NCBI GenBank assembly: GCA_964450375.1
Contig: CAYVEW010000002.1
Location: forward strand, 8,449 to 72,448
Length of the DNA: 64,000 nt
From: an uncultured Bacteroidales bacterium
GTDB taxonomy: Bacteria > Bacteroidota > Bacteroidia > Bacteroidales > UBA12077
Direction of reading: 5' to 3'
In this document: positions 37,113 to 46,334 of the stretch, one piece after another
Numbering within the stretch: the stretch's first letter is position 1
Layout: every line of letters begins with the position of its first letter
Translations under genes and position numbers: made by a program
Notes under the pieces: model-generated
Seen by the model: the letters and a program-made list of their open reading frames with translations, nothing else
What the model was told of the DNA's origin: nothing
Databases searched by the model: none

Positions 37113-38042
37113 TTACCAAAGCTTTTCGGGATATTTTCCTTGCCCGGTTAATTCTTTTATATTATTAATTACAAGTGGCTTATCTTCCTGATACGTAACT
37201 CCAAACCATTGATCCGTTGCTTCCAGTACCTTAAATGAAGCCAGCTTGTTATTCATTTGATGACTCACAATGGATGGTATATAATACTCCGACTTTATAT
37301 TGGAAGCATTCAACCCAATAAATTTTTTAAATTCGGATTCCAATTCAAGAAATACATCTGGAGTAAATGCCCAGAAGTTCATAGATACGAACGAATTCCC
37401 ATCAAGTTCTAGTTGCTTTCCATTATCTTCTGCCATTATTCTACCATTCTCCCATCCTATTTTGGTTCTTTCCGTAATTTCCACCAATTCGTTGTGCTCA
37501 TTTACTTTACAAACACCACGGGATACTGTTCCATGGTCCGATAAGGTATTTTTTAAACGATAACCGGCCATGCAGTTTTTCCCTTTTAGATCGTTTGCTT
37601 GCGATTTCATGTATTCTGCAACCACCTTAAATGCACTCTTTCCATAAAAATCATCTGCATTAATAACTACAAATGGTTCATTAATAACACCTTTGGCCAT
37701 TAATACCGCATGTCCGGTTCCCCATGGTTTTACTCTGTCTTTAGGCACCGACACTCCTTCGGGAACATTGTTTAGCTCCTGAAAAACATAATCTACATTA
37801 ATTTTCGCGCTGTACTTATCGAAAAGCAGTTCTTTCATTTCTTTTTCTATATCGCGTCGTATAATAAAAACCACCTTATTAAATCCTGCTTCGATGGCGT
37901 CATAAACGGAGTAATCAATGATTGTTTCTCCGCCAGGGCCAACCTGATCTAACTGTTTTAATCCGCCATAGCGGCTTCCCATTCCTGCTGCTAATACTAA
38001 AAGTGTTAAATCCATATTAATGTTATTTATTTTTAAGTTCAA
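37113..38042 (-). CDS. sugar-phosphate nucleotidyltransferase family protein
   Basis: 309 aa. N-terminal LVLAAGMGSRYGGLKQLDQVGP (the GxGxR nucleotide-binding signature) and INADDFYG. The likely true start is the internal MDLTLLVLAAG (about 38015). Substrate unknown. Confidence 0.7.
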   Translation of the reverse strand: MNLKINNINMDLTLLVLAAGMGSRYGGLKQLDQVGPGGETIIDYSVYDAIEAGFNKVVFIIRRDIEKEMKELLFDKYSAKINVDYVFQELNNVPEGVSVPKDRVKPWGTGHAVLMAKGVINEPFVVINADDFYGKSAFKVVAEYMKSQANDLKGKNCMAGYRLKNTLSDHGTVSRGVCKVNEHNELVEITERTKIGWENGRIMAEDNGKQLELDGNSFVSMNFWAFTPDVFLELESEFKKFIGLNASNIKSEYYIPSIVSHQMNNKLASFKVLEATDQWFGVTYQEDKPLVINNIKELTGQGKYPEKLW

Positions 38043-38118
38043 ATTAATGGGTTTTAATTCCCAAAAAACTAATTATCTCTGAATATTTTTTAATCTTTTT
38101 AAGTATGCTACTAAACAA

Positions 38119-39930
38119 TTAATTTGCTCTTAATTTATTAAATGATTTAAAAAGAAAATAAGTTCCTATTGCTGCCACAGTCAATAAAATAAATCCATAC
38201 AAGGTTTTCCCATACACAAAATTACCAATGGCAAATAAGCTCGAATAAATGACAATACAACCAATAAATACCAATAAAATTTGTGTAGGCATTTCCCATG
38301 GTTTTCCTAAATCTTCCTTATTGATTATATCTCCATCTTTTTCGGCATCCCGAATAATTTTTTTCCAACCGGGTCCGCCAGGTCGTGTAAGTTTGTAAAA
38401 CGCACGTAAAACTTCATGATTTTCTGGTTTTGTGATAAAAGTCGCAATAATCCAGATGATTGATGTTAAGCTAACAGCAATAAGCAATTTTATGGTAAAA
38501 CCATCCAATACATTGGTTGCAATGGCATCATCCTGAACAAAGAAAACCAGTATAACGGCTACTATGGTTGATCCAATCATAGCGATAATCTCTGTCCATG
38601 CATTGATGCGCCACCAGAACCATCGTAATAAATAAATGGCACCGGAACCAGCTCCCGAAAGTAACAGTATATTAAATGCCTGTGTTGCATTATTTAAGAA
38701 AAATAAAGCGACAACAGCAGCTAAAATCATTAAAACCAAGGTAGAAACCCGTGCCATTAGAACATATTCTTTTTCCGAAGCATTGGGCCGTGCAAATCGC
38801 TTATAAAAATCATTTATAATATAAGATGATCCCCAATTTAAGTGCGTTCCGATGGTAGACATGTAGGCTGCTATGAGAGATGCAACCACAAGTCCCAGCC
38901 AACCCGGATTCAGTTTTGATAACATAACCGGATACGCAATATCATCCTTTAAATACGTCGGGTCAATACCCGGAAATTCTGCTTTTATGGATGCTAAATC
39001 AGGATAGATAATCATCGAAGCCAAGGCAACAATAATCCAGGGCCATGGACGTAATGCATAATGTGCAAAATTAAAAAGTAAAGTAGCACCTATGGCATTT
39101 TTCTCATCTTTTGCAGCCAGCATGCGCTGAGCAATGTATCCTCCACCACCAGGCTCGGCACCCGGATACCAAACGCTCCACCACTGCACTGCGATGGGAA
39201 TTATGAGTAAAGGTACATATATGGATGGATTTGTAAAATCCGGTATAAACTCAACTGTATCTCCCAACTGTGAGAGCATACCTTGCATTCCACCGATAGC
39301 CTGTATTTCTGGTTGTTGCATAGCTACAACAGCTGCATAAACAGCTCCAGCCATAGCAATTGAATACTGGAAAAAATCGGCCCAGATTACACCTTTTAAT
39401 CCGCCTAATCCGGCATAAAGAACTACCGTAACAGATGCTATTAAAATCGTGGTTAATGGCTTTAAACCAAACATTACTGCTCCTATTTTAATAGCAGCAA
39501 GCGATACTGTACCCATGATTAAAACATTAAAAAATAATCCCAGGTATAAGGACCTGAATCCACGCAAAAATGCAGCAGGTTTTCCACCGTAACGTTTTTC
39601 GTAAAATTCCAAATCAGTAACAACATTACTTCTTCGCCATAATTTTGCGTAAATAAAAACAGTTACCATTCCTGTAATTAAAAATGCCCACCATGCCCAG
39701 TTTTTGGCCACACCATTTTCGCGAACCATTCCGGTTACTAAATTGGGGGTATCGGCAGAAAAAGTACATGCAACCATGGATACGCCTAATAACCACCAGG
39801 GCATTCCACGTCCACCTAAAAAAAATTCTGAAGTATTCTTTCCGGCAGTTTTTGATGCCATCCAACCAATAAAAATTACAACAATAAAAAAGATGGATAT
39901 GATAATCCAGTCTATGTTTTGAAGAATCAT
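38119..39930 (-). CDS. sodium:solute symporter (SSS) family transporter, long form
   Basis: 603 aa with about 14-15 TM helices. FFLGGRGMPWWLLGVSMVA and GGGGYIAQRMLAAKDEKNA are typical of SSS proteins. Confidence 0.8.
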   Translation of the reverse strand: MILQNIDWIIISIFFIVVIFIGWMASKTAGKNTSEFFLGGRGMPWWLLGVSMVACTFSADTPNLVTGMVRENGVAKNWAWWAFLITGMVTVFIYAKLWRRSNVVTDLEFYEKRYGGKPAAFLRGFRSLYLGLFFNVLIMGTVSLAAIKIGAVMFGLKPLTTILIASVTVVLYAGLGGLKGVIWADFFQYSIAMAGAVYAAVVAMQQPEIQAIGGMQGMLSQLGDTVEFIPDFTNPSIYVPLLIIPIAVQWWSVWYPGAEPGGGGYIAQRMLAAKDEKNAIGATLLFNFAHYALRPWPWIIVALASMIIYPDLASIKAEFPGIDPTYLKDDIAYPVMLSKLNPGWLGLVVASLIAAYMSTIGTHLNWGSSYIINDFYKRFARPNASEKEYVLMARVSTLVLMILAAVVALFFLNNATQAFNILLLSGAGSGAIYLLRWFWWRINAWTEIIAMIGSTIVAVILVFFVQDDAIATNVLDGFTIKLLIAVSLTSIIWIIATFITKPENHEVLRAFYKLTRPGGPGWKKIIRDAEKDGDIINKEDLGKPWEMPTQILLVFIGCIVIYSSLFAIGNFVYGKTLYGFILLTVAAIGTYFLFKSFNKLRAN

Positions 39931-40087
39931 TACGTAAAATTTAAATCCAACTGCTAAGAAAGTATTTTATTTTGAACTCTTATAATATTTAAAGCTATAA
40001 TTATTAACAGCTTTTTACATTTTTTTAATCCTTTTGTAATATTTTAGACATCTTTAAAACTAATAGTATGAATTAAAAAATATTAAA

Positions 40088-41026
40088 ATGACAAACTCAT
40101 ATTTATTAAAAGGATTTAAGGGTGAAAATCGCTGGTGGCGATACCTGGTTATGTTTATTATCTTAATTATTGCAACCCTATTTGGGAGTTTTCCATATGC
40201 AATAGCTATCAGTATAAAAAGTGAAATGTCAGGAATTCAGGTTGATCCGGGAAGTTTCAATGCCTTCGCACAACTTGGGTTAAGTAAAAATCTGGGATTA
40301 TTCCTGTTGACATTATCTTTTGTGGCCGGATTAGTAGCTTTTCTTATTTTTCTGAAACCACTCCACGAAAGAAGTTTTAAAGATACATTAACGGGTAGAA
40401 ATAAGTTTGACTTTAAACGATTCTTTTTTGCTGTATTTGTTTGGGGCGGACTATTAATTATCAGTTTGTTAATAAGTTACCTGATCAACCCACAGGATTA
40501 TGAAATGCAGTTTAACTTTACGCAATTTATAATCTTAATCTTTATAAGTGTAGTATTTATAAGCATGCAGGCATCGTTCGAAGAAATTATTTTTCGTGGA
40601 TACATGCAACAAGGTTTAGCAAATCTAACAAAAACAGCCTGGTTTCCTTTAATTTTCACATCGGTTCTATTTGGTTTAATGCATATTTCGAATCCGGAAG
40701 TGAAGGAATTCGGTGTAGGTATTATGCTCCCACAGTATATTGTTTTAGGATTATTACTTGGAATCACTGTAATTATGGACGAAGGACTTGAGATTGCTAT
40801 AGGTGTGCATGTTGTAAATAATGTGCTGTCGTCCTTGCTTGTAACTCACGAAAGCTCAGTATTACAAACAGATGCATTATTAAGGGTTAAAACAATAGAT
40901 CCTGTTTATAGCTTCTATGAAATCATTCTTTTCTCAGCTATTTTTATACTCATTGCGAATAAAAAATATAAATGGGGTTCGTTCAGGAAGTTATTTGCAA
41001 AGGTAAAACCTGAATTAACAGAATAA
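40088..41026 (+). CDS. CPBP family intramembrane glutamic endopeptidase (CAAX protease-like)
   Basis: 312 aa. Motifs EEIIFRGY, FGLMHISN and HVVNN within TM helices. Confidence 0.85.
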   Translation: MTNSYLLKGFKGENRWWRYLVMFIILIIATLFGSFPYAIAISIKSEMSGIQVDPGSFNAFAQLGLSKNLGLFLLTLSFVAGLVAFLIFLKPLHERSFKDTLTGRNKFDFKRFFFAVFVWGGLLIISLLISYLINPQDYEMQFNFTQFIILIFISVVFISMQASFEEIIFRGYMQQGLANLTKTAWFPLIFTSVLFGLMHISNPEVKEFGVGIMLPQYIVLGLLLGITVIMDEGLEIAIGVHVVNNVLSSLLVTHESSVLQTDALLRVKTIDPVYSFYEIILFSAIFILIANKKYKWGSFRKLFAKVKPELTE

Positions 41027-41036
41027 ACAGAACAAT

Positions 41037-41059
41037 AAAGAGCGTTTATTACGCTCTTT
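41037..41059. terminator. hairpin shared by convergent genes
   Basis: aaagagcgt-ttatt-acgctcttt, followed by ttctttttaaa. It overlaps the stop of the minus-strand gene at 41049. Confidence 0.5.
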
Positions 41060-41768
41060 TTCTTTTTAAAAAATGATGTAATTTTAATTCTTTAGGTTCA
41101 GTGTTCTTTTTCTGTTTAAGATACTCCACACGTATCATTAATAAGAGTAACAAAGCAGTGGATACAATAGCTCGAACAGAATAAATTGTGGCCAGCGTTC
41201 CTTTACTCGATAACAAAGCAAATACCGGAGCAATCATCATTAATATCCAAACAGAAAAAGGCTCCGTATTTTCTTTCGATTGCCATAATCTTTTAATTAC
41301 CGGGAAATATGCAATAACAAGTACCAACTGAATTAATATATTCGATAAGAAATGAGTTTTGGTAACAAACCAGAATAAACTAATCAAAACGACAGCTATT
41401 AAACAAGCCTTATCAAATTTTGAAAATCTGGAGCTTGTATCACCAAAAAAATAAATGACGATGGTAACTGTAATAACGAGAAATAAGTCGGTAGTGTTTA
41501 ATATATTGTCGAGAAGCGAAAAATGATCGTTTGACATGTAAGTTGTTAAACTCATAGCCACAGCAATGGAAAAAAAGAACCACATGGCTAAAGCCGGTTT
41601 AATTTTCCCTTTATAGGTTAGTATACAATACCTTAAACCGATAATTAAATTTATAACTGATACGGTAATTATAGAGAATTCTTTCATACATCGCTTTTTT
41701 GCAAATGTAGATTCTTTTTTAATCTGTATGCCCAAATATGGTATGTTATTAATTATATTTTGATCCAT
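41049..41768 (-). CDS. hypothetical polytopic membrane protein
   Basis: 239 aa with about 6-7 TM helices. The likely start is the internal MKEFSIITVSV. No family recognised. Confidence 0.5.
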   Translation of the reverse strand: MDQNIINNIPYLGIQIKKESTFAKKRCMKEFSIITVSVINLIIGLRYCILTYKGKIKPALAMWFFFSIAVAMSLTTYMSNDHFSLLDNILNTTDLFLVITVTIVIYFFGDTSSRFSKFDKACLIAVVLISLFWFVTKTHFLSNILIQLVLVIAYFPVIKRLWQSKENTEPFSVWILMMIAPVFALLSSKGTLATIYSVRAIVSTALLLLLMIRVEYLKQKKNTEPKELKLHHFLKRKRA

Positions 41769-41823
41769 TTTAAAATGCCAGTGAAATTTTTATTAATTTC
41801 GGAAAACTAACATGTAATGAATT

Positions 41824-42162
41824 ATGATTGACAAAATAGAAAGTATCCTTTTTCAGGATAGAACCAAAGATGAGTTAATTGAAGAAAGCATAACAAGCTT
41901 AAGCGGTTTGCTTGCAGATACCTTTACAGGTGATGATTTAAACGATTTGAAAAAAGAATTTCCGGATAATACACAAGTAGAAGATATTGGAATCCAACTT
42001 AAATCTGTTGCATATTATTTTGATCATAAGGATTTTGAAACACCTTGCATGGAAGTTTGCATCGAATTGATTCATGAACGTTTAAAATCCGAACTGGGAA
42101 GCTATTCTTTACTATTTAATGAACAGTGCGAACAAATTGACGAAATATTGAATTTGTATTAA
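41824..42162 (+). CDS. hypothetical small acidic cytoplasmic protein
   Basis: 112 aa with no signal peptide. It ends 4 nt before the next gene. Confidence 0.5.
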   Translation: MIDKIESILFQDRTKDELIEESITSLSGLLADTFTGDDLNDLKKEFPDNTQVEDIGIQLKSVAYYFDHKDFETPCMEVCIELIHERLKSELGSYSLLFNEQCEQIDEILNLY

Positions 42163-42166
42163 TCGA

Positions 42167-43384
42167 ATGCAAATAAAAATCATAACGTTATTCTTCTTTC
42201 TGGCTGTTTCTAAATTTACCTGCGCTCAATCTTTTCAGGTAGATACTGCAATTAATCCAACGGATTTAATGGAAAATCATTTATTAGGTAAAAACAATAG
42301 TGGCATTACTATTGAAAATATTAGCTATACCGGATTTAGTTATACCAAAGGTTTGTTTTATTATAAAAGTAGTTTTAATGCCTTGTCCGCACACGGAATT
42401 ATTCTTAGCACCGGCAATGTTATTGATGTTTTAGGGCCTAATAACAGAACTGCATCAACCGAAAATTATTTAAAAGGCGATAGTGACTTATCAGAGTTAT
42501 ATCGCAACTCAAAAACTTTTGATGCGGTTATATTTGAATTTGATTTTATCTCTTATACCGATCGCATCAGTTTTGTTTTTCAGTTTGCTTCCGAAGAATA
42601 TCCAGAATACGTTAACAGGGGTGTAAGCGATGTTTTTGGTTTTTTTGTAACTGATTCAGTTGGGAAAAAGACAAATCTGGCTGTTATTGATCAGGAACAG
42701 ACTCCAATTACTATTGATTTAATTAATAGTAAGAAAAACAGTCAATATTATATTTCTAATACTGGCAACGAAAGAAATTCAGGGCAATACAAGGAAACAT
42801 TTTTTTATGAAAATCAACACCTGTTTCAGTTTGATGGTTTTACGAAACCTATTAATACAAGCATGAAATTGGAAGCTTTCACGAAGTATCGCTTTAAAAT
42901 TGCTATAGCAGATATTGGCGACAGAAAATTTGATTCCTGGATATTTATTAAAGGAAATTCGTTGATAAGTAATGGAGATAAAAAAGATATAACAGATGAG
43001 CATATCCACAATTACATTCGCTTTTGTAAACTGGATAGTCTGGAAATTATAACAGATAGTCTAAGTTATGGTGTAATTCTTCCCGGTTATTTCGCCCATA
43101 ACTCCTATGATCTAAGCCCGGAACTTATGGATTATCTCAACAAATTATTGCCACTACTGAAATTTTCGACGAACAAATTATTGATAAGGGGATTTACAGA
43201 CGAATCCGGCAATTTAGAACACAACTTAAAATTATCCAGGAACCGGGCTAAAGAAGTAATGAAATTCTTTATAGATCAGGGAATTGATCAAAACAGAATC
43301 GAGCCAGTTGGCATGGGAGAATTACAAAATGGAATCAATAACCCCTATTCCAGGAAAGTGGAGATTAAAGTGTTAAAACCTTAA
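42167..43384 (+). CDS. choice-of-anchor-L domain protein fused to a C-terminal OmpA-like peptidoglycan-binding domain
   Basis: 405 aa. Signal peptide. N-terminal GIILSTGN...DAVIFEFDF...FQFASEEYPEYVNRGVSDVFGFFV matches the choice-of-anchor-L signature. C-terminal RGFTDESGNLEHNLKLSRNRAKEV is the OmpA_C motif. Confidence 0.75.
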   Translation: MQIKIITLFFFLAVSKFTCAQSFQVDTAINPTDLMENHLLGKNNSGITIENISYTGFSYTKGLFYYKSSFNALSAHGIILSTGNVIDVLGPNNRTASTENYLKGDSDLSELYRNSKTFDAVIFEFDFISYTDRISFVFQFASEEYPEYVNRGVSDVFGFFVTDSVGKKTNLAVIDQEQTPITIDLINSKKNSQYYISNTGNERNSGQYKETFFYENQHLFQFDGFTKPINTSMKLEAFTKYRFKIAIADIGDRKFDSWIFIKGNSLISNGDKKDITDEHIHNYIRFCKLDSLEIITDSLSYGVILPGYFAHNSYDLSPELMDYLNKLLPLLKFSTNKLLIRGFTDESGNLEHNLKLSRNRAKEVMKFFIDQGIDQNRIEPVGMGELQNGINNPYSRKVEIKVLKP

Positions 43385-43391
43385 AATTCCA

Positions 43392-45134
43392 TTATTTAAC
43401 TTCAAATATCCTACTTTCATTAATCAATTGTCCATCGCTGGTAAACCCAAAAATCACAACTTCATATTTTGATTTGTCATCACCGGTAACAAAATCAATT
43501 GTATAAGAATCATTAGATTTAAGATGGATATTACTTTCCCAGTAAAGTGTATTTCTAAAATCTGGAATATTGTTTTTATGTTCAATTTTTTTAAATCTGG
43601 CTGTCTCGTCGTATAATTTGTACATTATGCGTGATGAGTTTTTAGGTATAGGAATAGTATTTAAGTCGTGTCCCTTCGTATATAAACAAATTAATCCACC
43701 ATAAACTTTGTCGTATATTAAATAGTCTGATTTTACCACTTCAATTCGATCGCATTGTGCAGGATTTATAGCAAATAATATTTCATTATCGCGATATAAT
43801 ACACCATCAATGAATATAGCTGGTTGATTTACCAGAACTTCCTTGAAATTATTTACTATTTTAAACGTTCGTGTCCCTTTTTGATTGTTGATTATAACAG
43901 AAGGGAAAAATTCGTGAAAGTACTCTTGTATTGAATCCAAAAGTATGTAATCATCAAATTTTATTATTTTATCTGCTTTGCCATAAAAATTGGTTTTTTT
44001 CCAAGAAATATAACTTAAGTCACTATTTTCTACATTAATATTTTCATTAGAATATTTAATTCTATATACTCTATTAATTCTATGGTTTAGGTATAATTCA
44101 TTAAGATATGATAAATATATAGAATCTTGTAATCCCATAGATTCTATTTGCGTTCTATAATAGTTATCTAAATAATTAGAATAAATTTTTATACTTACCT
44201 CTTCTTTTGTATCAGCTTTTATTATTATATCATTAATATTTTTATCAGAGTTAACAATAAATTTAAATCTTCCATTAAGATCTGTTTTATCAATTTGCAT
44301 AGAAGATACTGAATCTATGTAATTTAAATACACCTTTATATTAGATAATGGTAATTGATTATTGTTTGTAATTTCACCCCATATAATTGGTCCGTAATTC
44401 TCCCAATATGCAGGTAAAGTAGTATCAATTGTTTCTTTATCAAATATATTATTTGTTCGATGGTTAACAGAATAACTATTTTTCAAATCATCTTTAGGAT
44501 ATGATTTTCTTACAGAAACACATAAGTCGACATTATTATAATTTTTTTCTTCTGGTAACTGGATTAGGAATGAAACATTAGATCTCTTATCATATGTTTT
44601 TGATAATTGTCCTATTTTTAGTTTAGTAATATTTATTTGATCATCTTTTTTTCTTTTTTTCAAACTATCAAGTAGATCATTATTTTCCGTATAAAAGCGA
44701 TTTAATGTATCTACTTTGGTATTCAATGTTTTATTTCTCTTTTCTGGATTATAAATTAATATTTTCTTTATTTCAAACATATTACATCCAATATTCTTTG
44801 AATAATTTGTATATGCTAGCAAGGTGTAATATCCTGTTGATGAAGTGTCCGGTATTATAAAATTTCCTTCTGCTGAACCAGATATTACTGGTAACTTTTT
44901 TCTACTTACCGAAAAACCATATGGACTAATTAGTTCTGTATAGATTATTTTACTCTCATTTTTCTTATTCTTATTGTTTATAAATGCTTTAAACCATATA
45001 TTTTCTCCTGGTATATATTCATTTCTATCTGAAAAGATAGTAATTCTTTCTTCAACTAAGTTGTTATTATTTTGGGCATTATTATCTGTTATAGCTAATA
45101 ATATTAGTACATATATGAAGATTGCTTTTTTCAT
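43392..45134 (-). CDS. secreted hypothetical protein with an N-terminal macroglobulin (MG2)-like segment
   Basis: 580 aa. Signal peptide. ITIFSDRNEYIPGENIWFKAFI resembles the (D)R.IY.PGE.V.FK start of MG2 domains. The rest is N/K/I/Y-rich and unassigned. Confidence 0.5.
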   Translation of the reverse strand: MKKAIFIYVLILLAITDNNAQNNNNLVEERITIFSDRNEYIPGENIWFKAFINNKNKKNESKIIYTELISPYGFSVSRKKLPVISGSAEGNFIIPDTSSTGYYTLLAYTNYSKNIGCNMFEIKKILIYNPEKRNKTLNTKVDTLNRFYTENNDLLDSLKKRKKDDQINITKLKIGQLSKTYDKRSNVSFLIQLPEEKNYNNVDLCVSVRKSYPKDDLKNSYSVNHRTNNIFDKETIDTTLPAYWENYGPIIWGEITNNNQLPLSNIKVYLNYIDSVSSMQIDKTDLNGRFKFIVNSDKNINDIIIKADTKEEVSIKIYSNYLDNYYRTQIESMGLQDSIYLSYLNELYLNHRINRVYRIKYSNENINVENSDLSYISWKKTNFYGKADKIIKFDDYILLDSIQEYFHEFFPSVIINNQKGTRTFKIVNNFKEVLVNQPAIFIDGVLYRDNEILFAINPAQCDRIEVVKSDYLIYDKVYGGLICLYTKGHDLNTIPIPKNSSRIMYKLYDETARFKKIEHKNNIPDFRNTLYWESNIHLKSNDSYTIDFVTGDDKSKYEVVIFGFTSDGQLINESRIFEVK

Positions 45135-45141
45135 CTTAAAT

Positions 45142-46323
45142 CTATTTGAAAATCCAATATAACGGTTTCTCTTCTGTTGTGCTCATTATAGAACAATCAA
45201 CACAATATCTTTGTCCTGTATAAACTATAGTCTTTTCTATACTAAACTCATCAACAACGTTTAAAGCATATGCTGGTTTAGGTTGAGCATTTAAAAATGA
45301 ATCAATACTCATAACGTGTAAATTACAGTTTTCATTGAAATCAACAAATTCAACATTTTCTATTGGTGATTTTAAATGAACTCTTTTTTGTGATAGGTAC
45401 GTTGCATCAAAATATCCATATACATTAAGGTCATTATTGCAACATTCAATATTAGAAGCTGGGTTATATGGAATATTATCAAAAACAGAACCGTTATCAA
45501 TATTATTTTCTTTTAAAAAATTCCAAAATTCATAAACAGATTGATTAATGGTATATTGATTAATTAATATACTATATCCATAATAAGGTTTCGGACTAGT
45601 TTCACTAAGATGAACAATTACTTTATTTTTTATATTGTTTGATTGATAGCTTGATAGCTCATCCAATAAAATGTCATATGAATAGTCATCTTTCCAGCAT
45701 GACTTTCTTTCTGTCTGATCCATGCGAAAATATTCAACATCAGAGAAATCTGTAAAATTCACTTCTTTTGCATTCCATCTTTGTTTAATCTCCCACGTTT
45801 CTAAATAATCCCACTTTAAATAGATTTTTTCATCATCATTAAATTCTTCTGTATTAAGTTTTATATCAATCCCTTTTTCGTATTTATTATTTTCAAAACT
45901 ATACACTTCTCTATAATCAGTAAATACATTTTCAATATCCGGACCTTTTCTCAGTTTAACTGGTTCAGACAAATAAAGATTGTTATCAGATGTTTCAATT
46001 GCTAGTTGATATTCATTATCAATCTCACCGATAAAATCAGAACTAGTAATATAATGTCCAGGTGAATCTTCTGTAAGAATCTCAACATTCCCATTTTTAT
46101 CCTGTATGGTTACAATCGCATCAGTTTCATACTTCATATCTTCTGTGTTTAAAGATAGAGTTCTAGTTAGTAGTACTTTATGTGGACCTTTTTGATTGGT
46201 GATTATACCTTGAACAATCAGCAAATCATCATATTCTTGAATTTTATGATCAAACGGTTCAATGCAGGTTTGAAAGATTATAATTACAATAAAACTTAAT
46301 AGTATCTTTATATAGCTTTTCAT
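45142..46323 (-). CDS. DUF4249-like protein (usual partner of CarboxypepD_reg-type TonB-dependent receptors)
   Basis: 393 aa. N-terminal anchor with Cys (FQTCIEP). LLIVQGIITNQKGPHKVLLTRT matches my memory of the DUF4249 N-terminal motif. It lies directly downstream of the receptor. Confidence 0.55.
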   Translation of the reverse strand: MKSYIKILLSFIVIIIFQTCIEPFDHKIQEYDDLLIVQGIITNQKGPHKVLLTRTLSLNTEDMKYETDAIVTIQDKNGNVEILTEDSPGHYITSSDFIGEIDNEYQLAIETSDNNLYLSEPVKLRKGPDIENVFTDYREVYSFENNKYEKGIDIKLNTEEFNDDEKIYLKWDYLETWEIKQRWNAKEVNFTDFSDVEYFRMDQTERKSCWKDDYSYDILLDELSSYQSNNIKNKVIVHLSETSPKPYYGYSILINQYTINQSVYEFWNFLKENNIDNGSVFDNIPYNPASNIECCNNDLNVYGYFDATYLSQKRVHLKSPIENVEFVDFNENCNLHVMSIDSFLNAQPKPAYALNVVDEFSIEKTIVYTGQRYCVDCSIMSTTEEKPLYWIFK

Positions 46324-46334
46324 TAAATTTCTAT

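Noticed and set aside
39626-39922. Cluster of short ORFs on both strands at the 5' end of the long SSS transporter
   Set aside because: They all overlap a continuous 603-aa transporter frame and none has independent support.
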